The notes beneath the pieces are model-generated. The model was not told the origin of the DNA. It worked only from the letters and a program-made list of their open reading frames with translations, and made no database searches. A DNA stretch of 64,000 nt from positions 16,432,001-16,496,000 of the forward strand of contig NC_045696.1 of the NCBI RefSeq assembly GCF_009834535.1, read 5' to 3'. This DNA comes from Camelus ferus. Taxonomy: Eukaryota. How positions within the stretch are numbered: position 1 is the stretch's first letter; each line of letters opens with the position of its first letter. Positions 52,853-64,000 of the stretch are shown piece after piece. The translations under genes were made by a program, and so were the position numbers.

Positions 52853-53559
52853 GTGAGTTTCAGCCGCCGTGGGGACGGGGCGCGAGGCTTAGAGGATGGT
52901 ATCTGCCCAGAATGGGCCCGAGGCGAATCCTGGCGGGGTCCCGCGGGGCTGATGGCGGAGGAGGGTCTTTAAGCCCCGGTTGTGGCGGTCGCCCCTCCCC
53001 CCTTGGGGTACAGTCTCGGGGCGCAAGTGGGACAGGGAAGGCAGGGGGGCGGCCGCGAGAGGAGCTTAGGGCGCCTCTACGAGGGAGTCCACGCCCCGGT
53101 GCAGACGTGTCCTTCTTTTCCCATTGGAACACCCGTGCATGCCTTGCCTAATGCTCTGATTTGGGGTTTGGAAAATAAACTCAGCGTTTCTTGCTCTAAA
53201 TATGGATGATTTTGGCGTGGGACCTCTAGTTATTGGAGCTTTCTTGTCCCCAAGACTTTTTCAAAACTACAGCTTTGCTCACTTTCCCAATGACTGGGCT
53301 GGTTTTGACTTCACTTTCTGGTTACTGTTTGCTCCTTATTGTAAAGCTCAGATGGGAAGACGACTGAGGAAACTGGTGGGAAATGGAGATCTAACGGTAA
53401 AGAGTACAGCTCGGATAAAGGCGCGGATCTGGGCAGGCTTTGGGTTCCCTCTGTTAGCGTTTTAATTATTAATATTAGGAGTTTAAGTTTACCTCTGAGC
53501 TTATTTTGGCGAACGGCGTTTAAAATTCCCTTGCCTCCTATATTCTTTCCCTGATGTAG

Positions 53560-53841
<282 letters not shown>

Positions 53842-55622
53842 TAACGAATCAGGATGCGTTCTGCCGATTAAACTAGGGGAAGGAACTGGTGCAGAGGAGA
53901 CAAGATGCTGTAATTGCTCCCTGAACTTCCCGGAAATTTTCCTTTATCTAGCATCTTACTACTGTCGGCTTAGCTGTTGAGGGTGCTGTGGGTCTTGCAA
54001 AGTTGGTGGTGTAATGCCGAGTTTGTCCTGGCGCTTGCTTGAATCTGGTTGAGTTTAGACTGCTGTAATTGCTCCCGGCAGAAGAAGGCAGACCTGAATG
54101 CATTGTTACCAGTGTGGTTGCCCCTTGTAGACAGCACACTTTTAAGTAAAATGACTCATGAAGGTCTCTTTAAAGGATTTGAGGATAGAGGGACTGCCCT
54201 GTCCTCAGATGACTAGCTTTTTTTGTCTTCTTTTCCTTTTCTGCTCTTTACAGCCTAACTTGTCTTTTATAAACTTACCACTTACCTCTTTGTTGTGTGT
54301 GTGGTTTTTTTAACATGTACATGTAAATGTAATAGATCTGTGAGTGAAAATAGGCATGGGGTGAATGGGGGGTAAAAATATTTGTTGTGCTCATTTCTTA
54401 AGGGAGATAACACTGCCTTGTGTGTGATTTGGCGTGAAAATGAAGGGAACAGGGCCTCTCTATTATTTTTGGGAAAAAATGCTTTTGTAGTAGCTTTGAT
54501 AGAACTGGTAATGTTTAAATTCTGAAAGAACAAAAAACAGATATGTACACCTATGTGCTCGCTCATGTGTGATTAGCTGCATTGTTTAAACTTTTGGAAA
54601 ACTCAGTGAGGATTCCATTTAAGTAATTAACTTGAGTTGAAAACTTATTCTGGTCTACGGAGTGTATATTTTCCATGTTCCTTCACTTTGGCACTTGAAT
54701 TAGTATTTATGATAACTGCTTACTCGTTTGGCAAGCATTTCTTGAACCTCTGCTGTAGGATGGGCATTAGGATTACAGAGGAGGCTAAGACAAAGCTCAG
54801 GCCCTTAAGGGGTTTTACACACATCACGTGCAGAGACGAAGCCCCTGAACCCCCTCAGCAAAGCCCCTGCCCTCAGACTTGCTTGTCATTCCTGCCGTCA
54901 GTCTTTCAGTAAACTTCGATTGAGTACCTGTTATATTTCAGGCCTGGTGCTGGGCTCTGGATATACTGGGGAGTGAGCAAAGGTAGGCATGATCCTTGCC
55001 TTATGGGAGTTATTTAGACTCTAGTTTGACCGCTTGTGTGAGTAGCTGTGTACTCAAAAAACATCTAATCAGTGTTGGAGTTGCATTCTGGAGTCATGTA
55101 ACAGGCCAGAGTTGATTGGCTTGTAATTAAAAACTGTAGTATTAACTTGAAGAGTCCATGTAGGGAAGTGAGAGATGATTTGGGAGCAAGACCCCAAACC
55201 TATTTAAAATGAATTTTGTATTGATGTATGCTTATATATTTTCCTTCTAAGTTGTGTGTGCCTGTTTCCAAATATATCCATGATGCTGCTTTCTGAATAT
55301 TTATGTGTAGCTCTTGGAAAATTGTCTTATTGCTTAATAATTAGATTAGACTTAATTAATTAATTAATTTCAGATTAGACTTAGCTTTAATGATTTTTGT
55401 AAATGGTTCATTTGGGTAATTTTATTAATAATTAACAATACATTGGGTGTGTTGGGAATTATTTTCTTATTGGCTACAGATATTTTTTTTCTCCAAAAAA
55501 AAAAAGATGGCTTGTAGAATCTTGCCTTTCTATTATTTTATATCTTAATGTAGCACTTAAACATGTAACTTTTCACTTGGATTTTGTTAGATTTAGGTCT
55601 TCAATCTATTTTATATTCCTAG

Positions 55623-55762
55623 ATTTAAGCGAGTGGTACTGCAGGAAGTCCATTCTGGCTCTTGTGGATGGACAGCCTTGGGACATGTATAAGCCTTTGA
55701 CCAAGTCCTGTGAAATTAAATTTCTTACTTTCAAAGATCAAGATCCAGGAGAAGTAAATAAG
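55623..55762 (+). CDS. MRPL39: MRPL39 exon 3
   Basis: ctAG acceptor, GTATTT donor; 140 nt encoding (H)[46 protein letters not shown] (TGS-like region). Confidence 0.97.
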
Positions 55763-55962
55763 GTATTTCTGCCTGTATGTTCTCTTGTCATGCACTTCCC
55801 CCACCCTTGCCCTCCAAGTTTTTCTCTTCTCTTTTCTATTAAAATCTGTTTTCTATGGATTATGAAATATACATGTATGGTCAAGGTCAAAGGTTGTCCT
55901 ATACTAGTTAATCAGGGTTTTACTTGGTGGATTAGGCATTTTCATAATTCAGAAATTCTCAG

Positions 55963-56006
55963 TGGCATTCATATCTCTGTATTTTGGCATTCATATCTCT
56001 GTATTT
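55963..56006. repeat. 22-bp perfect tandem duplication
   Basis: TGGCATTCATATCTCTGTATTT twice in tandem. Confidence 0.9.
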
Positions 56007-56799
56007 TGTTTTGAGAAAACTATATGACATGTCTTTTACATTCGTATCTTTGTTCAGTTTACCTTTATTCATCACCCTGTATATTGAGGTCATTTCATTC
56101 CCACTGCTACTGCTTGAATTCAGCCTTTGACCATCTTCTCTGGCTCATTTCAATAACTTTGTAGCTCTTTTTCCTCCTCTTCTTTCCCCACCCGCTTTTA
56201 AAATATACTAAAGTCTTTAATAGTCCTATAAGAGTGTTGTTAAACGGTATGACTAAGGGTCATATCACTTGTCCCTGAAGAACTTGCCTACCTGATAACT
56301 GTTCGTATAACTTTCCCAGCCCCACGTGGATACTTTTCTGACCCCAGCTGGTCTCTGTAGCTTCACCTTCACTGCATCTTTGCACTTGCTGTTTGCTCCA
56401 GCCACACTAGGGGACTTGGTCACTAATGGTTTCTGCCACGTTGTCCTCCTGGCTTTTGTTGCTGCTCTTCTTTCAACTCTTTCCTCCCTATTAAAATCCT
56501 GTTAAAATCTTTTATAGTTCAATTAAAATGCCACCTGCTCTGTGGAACCTTCTCAGTTTCTTCTTGACAGAGTGAATTGCTCTTTTCTTCAGGGCCTCAC
56601 AATGCTTGGCTAGTATCTCTTCATAGGGTATTTTAATTTTGCCTTGTAATATGAACTGTGAAATGCAATGGATTCTTGGCTCTGTGAAGACAGGGATAAT
56701 GTCCCCTATGGGACTTTGTCCTTGACTTATGTGCAGTAGGTGTTTAATAAATACGTGTTGAAATGAAATACTTAAAGAAGAAAATGATGGACGTAGTAA

Positions 56800-57010
56800 T
56801 AACTAACACTGAACATGTGTTATGTCTCAGGCACTGTTTTAGGTGATTCGTGGGTATTAGCTTATTTAATCCTCAAAAAATTCCATAAAAAGGTGCTGTT
56901 ATCCCCATTTTACAGGTAAATAAACTGAGGCAAAGAGAGGTTCAGAAGCTTAACCAAGGTTACCAGTTTAGGAAGTGGTTGAGCCTGGATTTAACTTAGG
57001 CATTTTGACT
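56800..57010. mobile_element. MIR SINE
   Basis: ATCCCCATTTTACAGGTAAATAAACTGAGGCAAAGAGAGGTT core. Confidence 0.8.
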
Positions 57011-57036
57011 GTTCAATAGACATTTAAAGCAATAAA

Positions 57037-57187
57037 GTGGGGAGGATATAGCTCAGTGGTAGAGTGTGCCTATCATGCACGAGGTCCTGGGTTCAGTCCC
57101 CAGTACCTCCAATAAAACAAACAAACAAACAAACAAACAAACAAACCTAATTACCCCTCGCCCCCAAAGCTTTAAAAAAAAAAAAAA
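57037..57187 (+). mobile_element. tRNA-derived SINE (vic-1 type, long form) with (CAAA)n
   Basis: TATAGCTCAGTGGTAGAG...GGGTTCAGTCCCCAGTACCTCC, (CAAA)n, CCTAATTACC tail, poly(A). Confidence 0.88.
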
Positions 57188-58006
57188 GACTAAAACCAGT
57201 TAAGTCAGATAGAGGAAGAAGTGCATTTTGCTGTTGGCCTTCAAGGCCTGGGTTTGTATTTATTTTGAGTGTATTTGTGTGGTTGTATAGAACACATTCT
57301 GGAATAGTCTCGGCCACATACAACCAAGCCAGCCCACTCTTGTCCTTGGATGTGGAAAAGAGCTTAGGAAATTCAAGTGCCCAGTTGTAGCAGTGCCAGT
57401 ACTGGCATAAGGTGGGCAGCTGTGGGTCAGGACTTGTGTTTCTCTTTACAACTCTGAGAAGGTCATTGCGAGGATACACGTATTAGGTGTGTGTGCCCAT
57501 GGATCGAAATATGCTAGTGAGAGGAAAGCCCACTTAATATAAACATGAGTAACTTGAGTGATGTGTTATGTGCTGTTAGGTATAGGATAGGAGTCATAAA
57601 CAATTACTAAAAGTTGGGTTATCCCTCCATGTCTATATATGATACAAACAGGTACAGATTAGTATGTTTATTTCACTTTAGCACAACTTTGTTAACAAGT
57701 TAACTTTCTTCTGAGTTAAAAATAAAATTCCTGCCAGATAGTAAAACGTTTTATTGGTTGATAAACATTATAGTGTCTGATGTCTTACACAGACATCGCT
57801 AACTATGAAGTTGGTGCTTTGTTCTTTTGTGGGTTTTGCTTGGTAGAGGCAGTGTCATGGCCTGGTGGTAACTATTGCTACATGCTGAGGATGGATAGAT
57901 ATTTGAGAAATAGTTCCTAAGTCAAAAGTCAACCTAAAATTTAATATTGAAGAAAAGTTAGTGCATTTTAGTATGTACTATGTTTGTGTGTGTTTTACTT
58001 TTCTAG

Positions 58007-58106
58007 GCTTACTGGCGTTCTTGTGCCATGTTGATGGGCTGTGTAATAGAGAGGGCATTCAAAGATGGATATGTGGTCAGTTTGGTCAGAGCTCCAGAAG
58101 TTCCTG
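58007..58106 (+). CDS. MRPL39: MRPL39 exon 4
   Basis: ttctAG acceptor, GTAATG donor; 100 nt encoding [33 protein letters not shown]. Confidence 0.97.
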
Positions 58107-58356
58107 GTAATGTACATATACAAAATGTATATATATATGTATATAAACACACGTATATGCATACTTTACTATGTGTGTGTGTGTATATACTTTTCATAAT
58201 CTGAATCTCTTGGTACCCATTTTTGATATTGTATAGAGTTCACTTCTAATTTTATCTAATATAAATTACTATCATATATAAATTTATTTATAATAGGTAG
58301 CAAAATTCATTGTATTTAATTATTGAAGGCCAATTATTAACATTATTAACATAATA

Positions 58357-58485
58357 GTGGGAGGGTATAGCTCAGTGGTAGAGTGTGTGTTTAGCATGCA
58401 CAGGGTCCTGGGTTCAATCCCCAGTACCTCCATTAAAAGGAAAAACAAAAACCTAATTACCACTCCCCTCACCCCCCACCAAAAC
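58357..58485 (+). mobile_element. tRNA-derived SINE (vic-1 type, long form)
   Basis: GGGTATAGCTCAGTGGTAGAG...GGGTTCAATCCCCAGTACCTCC...CCTAATTACC. Confidence 0.88.
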
Positions 58486-59147
58486 ATAGTAGAATTAGGG
58501 GAGAATGTTTCTTTTGAATGTGAATTTCATGTAATTATATTATCTCAGTGTATATTTCTTACCACGTTAAGCATTTATTTCCAAGTGGAATGTGTGGAGG
58601 AGGAGGAGGCATGATATAAATAGGTTTTCTATGGAAAATCTTTCTGTGGAAAGCTGTGTTTAGGTGGTACCGTTTCACCAGGAATGACCGTGACTCTGGA
58701 GAGGGACACCATTTTGGGAAGATGTAAGAAGTCCACATTCTTTGTAATTTTCCTAAAACCAAGATTTTAAAACATATGTGTGGTAGGATCATGTTTGCAT
58801 TTTTCTTTAAAAACATAGAAGTATTTCACAATACACCAGGAGTATTTCATTTGACAGTAAATGATTCCAAGGAGAATGAAACAAACAGACAAAAAAATGA
58901 AGAAATTTAGAAGATATTAAAAAAGAAAACATTTCATGTCCATTTAGTCATTCATTTACTTATTAAATATCTTATTCTTTAGGAATTTTTATGTCTAGTA
59001 ACTATTTAAAATCTCTGTAGTTATAATATTCCTGAAAAAAATGTGAATGTTTAAAAAATACTGGTGATGGGTTAACACAAAGGTGAGTTAATTTCATGGG
59101 TGAGGGGAAGGTTGGTAGAGCTCTGACAGGCAGCTGAGATAAGGGTA

Positions 59148-59282
59148 ACAAGTTTTATAATTTGTAGAGTTGGGAGAAATTGCTAACCCTTTGTTTTATG
59201 GTCTAAATATTTATTTGTTGCAAATCAGTAACTTTTTACCCAAACAGGTTTGACTTTGCTTTTTATTTATTTGGATTTGCAG
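59148..59282 (+). repeat. Diverged duplicate copy 1 (MRPL39 intron 4 3' end)
   Basis: Aligns by eye with 61241-61363 through to the terminal ttgcAG. Confidence 0.85.
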
Positions 59283-59350
59283 TGATGGCTGGAGCCTTCT
59301 GCTATGATGTAGTTTTGGATAAGAGACTTGATGAGTGGACGCCAACGAAA
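59283..59350 (+). CDS. MRPL39: MRPL39 exon 5
   Basis: ttgcAG acceptor, GTAAGT donor; 68 nt encoding (V)[22 protein letters not shown]. Confidence 0.96.
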
Positions 59351-60307
59351 GTAAGTGTACTCTTTGGGGTCTCAATTTTGGGGTCTATGCCTTTCTTTGT
59401 TAGAATGATTCCTGTGTTAGCATTGCTGAACAGTACTGAATGTTGAAGATGTTTAAAAGAATGAGTCAATCTGTCTGTCTGTCTACTTACCTGTCTGTTT
59501 GTATTGCTGCTTTTTCAGTCGATTTAAGACAGACATATGACTGAGAGTACTCACAACAGTGTGGTGCTCAGAGTATAAAATACAGGAGCTTAGCTATCCT
59601 GGTTGCTGTGGTGATGGGAGGCCTAGACCCTTACCTACTTAGATCCCTAGAGCACAATTTAAAACCACTGCCCTAAACCTTTTTAGTCTGTTGTGTACTG
59701 AGATATTCCTATAAACAAAGGTTACATTGAGAGTGGTGGGGGTGAGTTAAAGAATCAGCCTTTGCTAACCCAAGTGGCAGCAAACAACTCGATTCTTCCC
59801 AAATGGTCTGCCTTTGTAACGAGGGTGCTCCCTGTTGGCTGAGACTTGGGTGGCAGTAGGAGTCTGGCTAATAAAGAGGTTCTGGATCAGGTGCTGTGTA
59901 GGTGGAGGGTGCTGACGGCTTTCAGAAGTTAGGCCGAGAGACTTAGTTATGATTGGGGAGAAGAGGCAAATGCCTAATTCTTAATTAAGCGAAACTGTAT
60001 GTCCTGTAGTTTGGAAGCCTGGAGATCCGAAAGGGGAGGCAGTATAGCATCATTACCATTTTATCAGTTCCACTGTGTACATTTTTTTTCACATTTTACT
60101 ATCTCTGAAAATAAATGTGTCTTACAGTACTTAGCATCTTATGATTATAATTGGTAGTGTTTTTTCTTTGAGGTGCATCTTAGGTTCAGTGAAATATTGT
60201 GCCCTTTGCTTCCTAAAAGCAAAAATTTTGGATTCAAGCAGATCCAATTTTAAATTCTGGCTTTGAAAGTTATTTCTTGTATAATCCTGCCCATATTGCT
60301 CAATATC

Positions 60308-60402
60308 AAGAAGGAGAGAGGAGGGAAACGGGAAGGAAGGAAGAAAGGGAGGGAGAGAGGGAAGAGGTATGGGGAGAGGTAGGGAGAGGGGTCAGGGAAG
60401 AG
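60308..60402. repeat. Polypurine (GA-rich) low-complexity tract
   Basis: Nearly pure A/G over ~95 nt in MRPL39 intron 5. Confidence 0.8.
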
Positions 60403-61240
60403 GCTGGAATGTTTTCTTCATGATCTCTGGACAATATAATTGCTTTTTTCCCCCAAGTCTGTCAAGATTCTTTCTTTATTGGGAAAGTTAAATAAAAACT
60501 AATGATCAAGATTTAACTCTCACTGTCTATAAAAGTTGCTGCCTCCTTTTCTGTTTTTTAAAGATAAAACTTTAAAAAAAAATGTACTGGTTAATTACAG
60601 TCACCATGGGGCTGGGTGGGAGACTTAGAGAAAGTAGGGGAGAGTTACATTCACGTAACAGCTCTCTTAAACCATGAATGTGGACTTGTTACACAGTAAA
60701 TTATCCCTGTAACATTGGAGACAGTCATTTCATGCAATCTACTGGAAGTTACAGAAATAATTTTATTACAAAAATTATTTGTGTAATAGTGCTTGATCTT
60801 TTCTGTATTATAATGTGAAAACTCAATTAGAGTTTTTGTAAAAAATCTCATAAACATTGTTACCGTGTATTAATCATTTTAATTGTGTAAAGTTGACATT
60901 TTTACTAAATGGAAATTTCTAATACTGGATTTATGTACATACTGGGCAGGGCCTGTGATGACATTACATTTCCTAGTGAAATTTCCATTACATTTCCATT
61001 ACATTTCTGAAGCACATAAATAATTTTTTCCTTCTGCATTTATTTTAAAAGCTTAGTTTTACTCATAGTGTTAACAGGTTTTTGTATCTTACTGTTTATT
61101 AGCATTTCTTCTTGTTACATCATCATTTTAATAAACATTTATAAGACTGTATAATTTGAATAAAATGTTTACTTAAATTTCTTTGTAGGATTGTCCTTAC
61201 TTATTAGTAATACAAGCTGATATTTAATTACAAGTTAATT

Positions 61241-61363
61241 ACAAGTTTCAGAATTTGTAGAGTTGGGAGAAGTTGCTAATCCTACATTTTACGGTTCAGA
61301 TATTTAATTGTTGCAAATTAGTGCCTTCTTTCCTAACAAATTTGCTTTTACTTTTTGTTGCAG
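61241..61363 (+). repeat. Diverged duplicate copy 2 (MRPL39 intron 5, cryptic acceptor)
   Basis: acaagttt..atttgtagagttgggagaa.ttgctaa..tattta.ttgttgcaaat.agt..tttgctttt..ttgcag is shared with 59148-59282. Confidence 0.85.
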
Positions 61364-61367
61364 TTAG

Positions 61368-61577
<210 letters not shown>

Positions 61578-63279
61578 TAAGTGTTGGCTTCCTTTAAAAA
61601 AAAAAATTAAACCTTCCAAAGTTGTATGTAATGGAGAAAATTTAGCTCTTAAAAATTTTTATATTTGATGGATGTAGGACACCTTTTAATTTTTACTTCT
61701 AAGATCTCTTTTTCTGCACTAGCCTAATTACTTTTGTTCATCCCATCATTTATTTCACAACGGGAAAATGTCCCCCACCCCACCTCTGATAATTTTCTTA
61801 CTTTGTTTTATTTCTCTTTTTCTTTGTCCTCTTTATATCACTATAGTGGTATGTTTCCTTTTTTCCCTTCCATTGTGAAGTGATAGCATCTGTTAGGGAA
61901 CAGTATTATTTTGAATTTAAATTTAGATTTATTTAAACTGTATTGCAGCCTTTCCTTCCCATCTTTCCACTCTTCAAATGAAAAGGGTAAGAGAGAAAAT
62001 ACCAGCTGTTTGGAGGGAGCCAACAGCTGCAGTAAAAGTTCATGCAGCCAGGTCTTAGTCTTCTGTGTGGGAATTATCCATGTGACGAATTTTCTTTGCC
62101 AACATTTTGAATCCTACCTGGCTTCTCAATTCCCTTTCTCACTCAGAAAATTTCCAATTTATTTTCTACCAATCGTGAGAACATAAACTAAATTTTAATA
62201 TTAATCTAATTGAAATTAGAATTAATTAGAAAGCAAAATCTGTGTTGCAAAAAAAAATAAAAATAACATAGATACTAGAGTTTCACACCAAAGTATGCAC
62301 CTGCAGATTGTTAAAGGTCATGGATTGGAATTTCTTTAGGTAATTATAAATTGAGGCACAAATTCTCATGAGGCTGGTTTATAATACTTAGCATATCCAG
62401 TGTTCTTAGAAAGCAGCAGGAATATACTGAACTAGAGTACAAATAGTTCTTTACAACCCAAAATTACCATTAATTCTATAAGAAAATTCCTTGAATTGTT
62501 GGAACATATCAGGTCACCTCCCCTGCCAAAATTCTAGAGCCATGTTTGTCTAACAGAAATATAAGGTGAAGTTGTCTGTAAATTTTCTAGTAGCTACATT
62601 AAAAAAAAATTCAAAATAAAGGTGAGTTAATTTTAATAGTACATTTTTATTTAAACAATGTATTTGAATCGTTATTTCAACATATGATCAACATTAAAGA
62701 AGTAGTGATTTTTTAATTCCATTTTTCTTACTAAGTCTTCAGGGTCTGGGCTGCATTTTACACTTAGGCGCGCTTCAGTCAGGGCTGGCTACGTCTGTGT
62801 CCGCAGCTGCCGTTCTGGACAGACTCTAGGCTTTCCCTCCACGCACACTCAGAGTTCCCTTTGGACTTTGGTGACTTTAACTGAATGTGTAAAGGGAAGT
62901 AGGGGATCATTTGGAGGCAAGTTTGAGGGGACAGAGTTTTGGATGGTTGAAGGTGGATTGGTGATAAGGCCTGTCTGCTGCAGGGGGAACTTTCAGTGGC
63001 TTTGGCTCCCAGGGGACAGGAGCATCTCTTAAGGGTGGATCAAGAGGAACAATTATTGAAAGGATTGGCTCTCTCAGTAATGCATGGGGGCCCTGGCAGA
63101 GGGTATGGCAGGGGGTGGATATTTTTGCATAAACTAGTGCTTTCCAACCTCGCCACAAACACGTGTAGTATTTGTTTAGTATTCGGGGGTACACAGGCAA
63201 GGCTCTTAATAGTGAGTGGTAACGTCTTGATGAGAGCCAGTGCTGTGCAGTTCCAGCTGTGCTGTTAGCTGTGCTGACA

Positions 63280-64000
63280 GAACTGAGTGGATCTGAGAGA
63301 CATGTAGTTAGTAGGCTTGATGTGACTTGGTAATGAATTGGATGGAGGGAGTGCGGTGGGGGAAACAGGAGTCAGGGACATCTCTGAAGTTTGTCACTTG
63401 GACATGTGGGTGGTTGGTTGGTGGTGTCATTTATTAAGCTAGGAAATTCAGAAATAGTAAGTTTGGTGAGGAAGGAGAAGTTAAGGTTTTGTTCATTTTG
63501 AAAAATTTGGGTGTGTCAGGTGCTTGTGGAACACCCCAGTGGATGTCCAGGAGTGTCTTGGACGTACAATCTGGGACTCAGAAGAGCTGTGTGGATTAGA
63601 AGCAGAGGGGTGGATGATATAAAAGCATAAGTGGTAATTAAAGCTGAGCAAATCAAGGAGCTAGCCCAGAGAGGAGGCTTAGAGTGAAAAGAGCCTAGGG
63701 ACAGAATCCTTGACAGGCAGAGAAAGAAAAGGGTGGCCAGATAGTCAAAATAACAAGCAGGAGGGAATGCCACAGAAGCCGGTAGAAAAGAACACTGAGC
63801 AGGGAAGGTGAGCAGTGGGAATGAGGACCAAAAAGTGTCCACTGAGTTGGCAACAAGGAGGTGTGTGGGGAGAATGTTTTGGTGGAGCTGTGAGGCTGTG
63901 ACCAGATTGAAGGAGATGAGGCAAGAATGGGAGGTGAGGAAGGGGAGGCTCCAAGGGTAAACCCCACTTTCAAAAACTATGGCTGAAGAGGAGCAGAAGG
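63280..64000. mobile_element. L2 LINE fragment
   Basis: Purine-rich decayed L2-like sequence (GACTTGGTAATGAATTGGATG...GGTGGTGTCATTTATTAAG...TTGGCAACAAGGAGG). Confidence 0.55.

Larger units (their letters stand above)
52200..53130. promoter_or_regulatory. CpG island / MRPL39 promoter with ETS/GABP-like CCGGAA motifs
   Basis: CpG-rich; CCGGAA at ~52685 and ~52744 and TTCCGG at ~52730, just upstream of the ATG, as is typical of nuclear-encoded mitochondrial gene promoters. Confidence 0.85.

Noticed and set aside
52262..53209. 216-aa and 149-aa ORFs at the MRPL39 promoter
   Set aside because: CpG-island artefacts; only 52792-52852 is coding, and the 216-aa ORF reads through the donor into the intron.
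57037..57110. tRNA gene-like A/B boxes (also 58357, 27037, 40895)
   Set aside because: SINE copies with A-tails or TSDs and diverged stems, not tRNA genes.
59148..61363. Paralogous intronic snoRNAs as the explanation for the duplicated intron segments
   Set aside because: No clear C/D or H/ACA box arrangement; the similarity ends exactly at the acceptor AG, which fits a splice-site duplication.

Overview
Mammalian genomic DNA, most likely camelid, judged from at least seven copies of a tRNA-derived SINE matching the camelid vic-1 type. Two genes lie head-to-head. JAM2 is on the minus strand (coding exon 1 at 30082-30148 in a CpG island, exon 2 at 1997-2062, ~28 kb intron 1; later exons fall left of the window). 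MRPL39 is on the plus strand (coding exons 1-6 from 52792 to 61576; later exons fall right of the window). The rest is intronic or intergenic DNA dense in L1, L2, MIR, LTR and DNA-transposon relics. Less obvious structure: (i) a decayed, intronless RNGTT (mRNA capping enzyme) retrocopy in JAM2 intron 1, split by an MLT1 LTR; (ii) a ~910-bp recent local duplication with microhomology/TSD-like junctions; (iii) a diverged duplicate of the MRPL39 exon-5 acceptor region just upstream of exon 6 that would act as a stop-containing poison acceptor or 14-nt microexon; (iv) a repeat/hairpin over the JAM2 exon-2 donor; (v) an inverted LTR pair. No prokaryote-type or clearly new multi-gene system is evident. 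Gene, repeat-family and human-ortholog comparisons were made from memory, not by database search.
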